From the IMG/VR virus record IMGVR_UViG_3300020414_001760: a stretch of DNA of 20,000 bases, one strand, 5' to 3'. Shown here in pieces: positions 17,082 through 20,000 of the stretch. The translations under genes were made by a program, and so were the position numbers. The notes beneath the pieces are model-generated. The model worked only from the letters and a program-made list of their open reading frames with translations. It did no database searches and was not told the origin of the DNA. Positions within the stretch are counted from its first letter, which is position 1. Each line of letters starts with the position of its first letter. Origin of the DNA: an uncultured virus (IMG/VR IMGVR_UViG_3300020414_001760) (Duplodnaviria; Heunggongvirae; Uroviricota; Caudoviricetes).

Positions 17082-18113
17082 TTAGGAACCGATAGTTGAT
17101 TTACTATCAGTACCTTTTTCGCCTGCGCCTTTTTTCTCAGCGCCATGGCCTTTTGAGTCTTTCGACATACTCTTACTTGCTTTTCCACCTGGAACGTTTA
17201 CGTTACCAGCTGAATCTTCTTTAGGAGCATCAGCTTTGCCGCCAGTTTCTTCGCCACCTTGTGCGATGTTCTTAGCGTCTCCACCCATGTCGTTTTTACC
17301 AGCTACTGGAGATTTAGTACCGTCTGTTCCAGTATCACCCATTTTAGGTGTTACTTTTGAAACGTACTCTCTCATTAGCTCTGCACTTGATTGAACTGGT
17401 TTTTCAGCGTTCTCAAATGCTGGTTGCTCAAGATCGGCTTCCGGAGCAATTTCCACTGCTTCGTCTTCCTTCTCTTCATCACCTTCGTCGTCGCCAGCGT
17501 CCATGTCCATTTCCATGTCATCATCGCCTTTGTCGTCATCACCTTTTTCGTCACTCATCATAGTGTCGAATTCAGCTTTAAGATCATCAAGAGCATCTTC
17601 TAGGTCAACAACTCTGTCTTCTAAGTCTTCGTCGTCGCCTTTATCTTCTTCACCTTCACCGTCTTCGATGTCAGCAATCATGTCATCAGCGGCATCGCCA
17701 CCCATGTCATCTTCGCCTTCTGGTGTAATTTGGTCTGCAAAGTTTTCTTCAACGTTTTCGTCTTTTTCTTCAGTAGCTTCGTCAGTTTTTTCGTCTTCAT
17801 CAGTAGCTTCTTTAACGTCTTCGTCTTTATCAGCATCTGCTTTTTCTTCAACTTTGTCTTCTGCATCGTCTTCTTTTGATGCTTCTTCAACTTTGTCTTC
17901 GTCTTTAGCGTCAGCTTTTTCTTCTACTTTGTCATCAGCATCTTCTTTAGCTGTTTCGTCTACTTCAACTTCAGCTGTGTCGTCTGCTAATAGATTTTCG
18001 TATATATCGCGTGATTTCTCAACAACTATTTCGTGAAATAGCTCTTCAGCACCCGCTTTGTCTTCAGCGATTAACTTTTCAAGCATCGCTTCAAATTTAG
18101 ATTGGTTTGCCAT
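17082..18113 (-). CDS. Highly acidic prohead core/internal-protein-like protein (343 aa; start revised to ATG 18113)
   Basis: An AGGAGA SD precedes ATG 18113 (MANQSKF...). D/E-rich body with a K/G-rich C-terminal tail; lies between portal and protease like T4 gp67/gp68. Confidence 0.75.
   Translation of the reverse strand: MANQSKFEAMLEKLIAEDKAGAEELFHEIVVEKSRDIYENLLADDTAEVEVDETAKEDADDKVEEKADAKDEDKVEEASKEDDAEDKVEEKADADKDEDVKEATDEDEKTDEATEEKDENVEENFADQITPEGEDDMGGDAADDMIADIEDGEGEEDKGDDEDLEDRVVDLEDALDDLKAEFDTMMSDEKGDDDKGDDDMEMDMDAGDDEGDEEKEDEAVEIAPEADLEQPAFENAEKPVQSSAELMREYVSKVTPKMGDTGTDGTKSPVAGKNDMGGDAKNIAQGGEETGGKADAPKEDSAGNVNVPGGKASKSMSKDSKGHGAEKKGAGEKGTDSKSTIGS
17844..17936. repeat. Degenerate in-frame tandem repeat (DKVEE units)
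   Basis: ttcttcaactttgtcttc at 17844-17861 and 17883-17900, and variant ttcttctactttgtcatc at 17919-17936 (spacing 39 and 36 nt). Confidence 0.8.
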
Positions 18114-18155
18114 TTTTTCTCTCCTATTGTTTAGATATGGTAAGGCTGTCACTTG

Positions 18156-18161
18156 TATTTA
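18156..18161 (-). promoter_or_regulatory. T4-type late promoter core
   Basis: TTAAATAC upstream of the acidic protein-gp21-gp22-gp23 operon. Confidence 0.6.
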
Positions 18162-18213
18162 ACAATTTTGAAGAAAAGTGCGTAGATATAGGCGAAAATA
18201 CGCCGGTTTTACA

Positions 18214-18852
18214 TTAAGATTGTAAAATCTTAAAGTTATACATGAATTCTGCTACTGTAACGTGTTTAAAGTTGGTTAATTGCGTTAAGTTATTTGGGCA
18301 GTAATCCTCTTTACTCTGTACTACTCTTATATATCTCTTTTGAGGATTTTTCTGACAAACTATTCCTGTCTGCCTGGCCCAATTACCGTGGTATGTAGCA
18401 GGGTCATTGGATTTTTTATAATTTTCTGTATCTGCATATATGTTATTAATAAGTCCACCCTCTCCATTATGCTCATCTGCTTCTGTGCCCTTGAAGTCAA
18501 ATCCTAAAATATATATGGTATCATGTTGGTGTGCAGTAGGGTTTTTAGGATCACCGTACGTTGCTAACCACAATGCTGTAGGTCCGCTACTCCAACCCAA
18601 TGGTTCGTCAAAGAAATGTAACTTATGATAGCTGTCGTACATTTTGTTAGGATTAGTCCATACTTCGTGATTCCACTGCCACTTCTTTTTGTTTATCTCA
18701 GTAACCATCTTGGTATCTACTGCAACTAGATAATCAGGCTCAAAGTGTCTATAAACCGCATTACAGGCATATATCTTGCCGTGTGGCTTGAGTTCTTCTA
18801 ATGGTATTGGTGTTCTTGAAGTTCCGTTACCTATGACAAAGGCTATGGACAT
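18214..18852 (-). CDS. DUF115/Maf-like, sialyltransferase-like fold protein
   Basis: AFVIGNGTSR, IYACNAVYR..PDYLVAVD, WSSGPTALWLA and IYILGFDF motifs; GAGGA SD. Confidence 0.6.
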   Translation of the reverse strand: MSIAFVIGNGTSRTPIPLEELKPHGKIYACNAVYRHFEPDYLVAVDTKMVTEINKKKWQWNHEVWTNPNKMYDSYHKLHFFDEPLGWSSGPTALWLATYGDPKNPTAHQHDTIYILGFDFKGTEADEHNGEGGLINNIYADTENYKKSNDPATYHGNWARQTGIVCQKNPQKRYIRVVQSKEDYCPNNLTQLTNFKHVTVAEFMYNFKILQS

Positions 18853-18868
18853 TTAATTCCTCGTAAAG

Positions 18869-19117
18869 TTAAACAGCGGCCTCTTCTGCGTTAGCGGCCA
18901 AGCCGTACATTTGTCTTACAAAATGCAACTCTTTCTGTTGCTCTTCCTTATGTAGTTCACTTGCTTTACGAATTTTATTAATCTGACGTAGTGTTAATCT
19001 TGTTTTGCGTGTATCATCTTTTGAGACAATAGAATCGTCATAACTTGGATCGTAGTCCTTCTTTTCTACAGGCTCCAATGTTTCTTTGTCAAAATAAAAT
19101 AGTTCACGTAGTATCAT
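18869..19117 (-). CDS. Hypothetical protein (82 aa) downstream of portal
   Basis: Intact ORF filling the gap; ATG 5 nt after TAAATA; no SD. Confidence 0.75.
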   Translation of the reverse strand: MILRELFYFDKETLEPVEKKDYDPSYDDSIVSKDDTRKTRLTLRQINKIRKASELHKEEQQKELHFVRQMYGLAANAEEAAV

Positions 19118-19122
19118 GTTAG

Positions 19123-19128
19123 TATTTA
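19123..19128 (-). promoter_or_regulatory. Late promoter core overlapping the portal stop codon
   Basis: GCA-TAA-ATA-CTAAC-ATG. Confidence 0.6.
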
Positions 19129-20000
19129 TGCTGGAGGCGTCTGACCTGTACCGCCTGGTGCTCCTCCGCCTGTTGCTGTGCTTGGTGGTGCGCCTGTTCC
19201 ACCGTCTACTGGTGCTGGTTCTTCTCCGTCTGTTGCAACGTCTTCACCTGCTCCTGTTCCATCCAAGTCTGCGGCAATGCCGGCACTTGAAACTCCTGCG
19301 CCTCTTAATTCACCTGCGGCATCAGTTGGTGGAGGAGTAATATTTTCATCATTCTCTTCTCTCCACAGTCTTTCGTTTTCAGCAAGTTCCTCTTCAGTCA
19401 TACCTAAGAAACGTTTCAATGCAAATCTGTTTGAGATATAAGGTATAGCACTCATCTGTGTATACGTTGGTACTCTTGCATTATCAATTTCACTTTGTCT
19501 ATATGATGCAAAGTTTTGTGGTGGTTGGAATCTAAGATCAAACATAGCTGTATCTATGTTGATACCTTTTTCTAAAAGATAACGTTTAAATTCTTGATTA
19601 AATTCCTCTACTACTAAATTTTGTAGTCTTTCACAATATGTGTTAAATCTTAATTCTTGTATGTACGCAGTACCCACTCGCCCATCTTGGAATTGAGTAG
19701 CACCATCGTCAGGCCCTGTAGGAAGATAAGAACTAGGAATACGCAAACCACGTACCAACTTATTAGTAAAATATTTAAGATCATCAATCTCTCCTAGATT
19801 AGTACCGCCTGGTAATGTTTCAACCTTAGATCCTCTACCCTCTGCTGTTTGTGGAAAGAAGTAATCTTCGTTAATAGATAGTGGATTATATGCACTATCA
19901 ATAACGTTTTGTCCACCACCTGTTGCACTAGGTATACGTCTTTGGTGTATGTCTGTTTTTACACGTTCTACAAATTGCATTGCCAAGTGTGATGGCATAT
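19126..20000 (-). CDS. gp20: Portal vertex protein (T4 gp20 family), 5' part outside the window
   Basis: EDYFFPQTAEGRGSKVETLPGGTNLGEIDDLKYF..KL.RGLRIPSSYL and IQELRF..YCERLQ match the gp20 C-terminal half; acidic G/P-rich tail. Confidence 0.93.
   Translation of the reverse strand, partial: MPSHLAMQFVERVKTDIHQRRIPSATGGGQNVIDSAYNPLSINEDYFFPQTAEGRGSKVETLPGGTNLGEIDDLKYFTNKLVRGLRIPSSYLPTGPDDGATQFQDGRVGTAYIQELRFNTYCERLQNLVVEEFNQEFKRYLLEKGINIDTAMFDLRFQPPQNFASYRQSEIDNARVPTYTQMSAIPYISNRFALKRFLGMTEEELAENERLWREENDENITPPPTDAAGELRGAGVSSAGIAADLDGTGAGEDVATDGEEPAPVDGGTGAPPSTATGGGAPGGTGQTPPA

Noticed and set aside
18114..18152. Upstream ATG extension (MTALPYLNNRREK) of the acidic protein
   Set aside because: A strong AGGAGA SD points to ATG 18113, and ATG 18152 lies only 3 nt from the promoter core, probably upstream of +1.
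18191..18204. GGCG/CGCC mini-hairpin downstream of 18214..18852
   Set aside because: Only 4 bp and no U-tract on the coding strand; too weak to call a terminator.
1672..19128. All 18 visible stop codons are TAA, raising possible stop-codon reassignment
   Set aside because: No gene is interrupted by in-frame TAG or TGA, and TAA preference is expected in AT-rich, highly expressed late genes.
1754..19441. All plus-strand ORFs (e.g. 8598..9068, 15925..16509, 17503..18036) and nested minus ORFs (4686..4883, 5592..5786, 17678..17890)
   Set aside because: They overlap well-supported genes and have low-complexity translations expected from antisense codon bias.

Overview
This AT-rich window comes from a large T4-superfamily (gp20/21/22/23-type) tailed phage, probably aquatic or marine (inference). 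All credible genes are on the minus strand. In transcription order (right to left), the head module has the portal gp20 (3' part), a small ORF, a DUF115/Maf-like glycosyltransferase-fold ORF, a very acidic prohead-core-like protein, the protease gp21, the scaffold gp22 and a short major capsid gp23 with a cUUCGg terminator. Next comes a ~700-bp structured-RNA island, then a block of paralogous virion/tail-fibre-like genes. That block ends in two large proteins built from Trp/Tyr-rich carbohydrate-binding-like repeats; the last runs off the left edge and is missing from the ORF track. TAAATA T4-type late-promoter cores recur throughout. The main interest is non-coding: (1) a compact glutamine-I (glnA-motif) riboswitch driven by a late promoter, controlling a 65-aa basic ORF directly behind the capsid gene; (2) a ~218-nt multi-stem RNA resembling the manA motif, with its own sigma70-type promoter; (3) two structured 5' leaders that start at the predicted +1 of identical late promoters. 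All folds and family assignments were made by eye; no searches were run.
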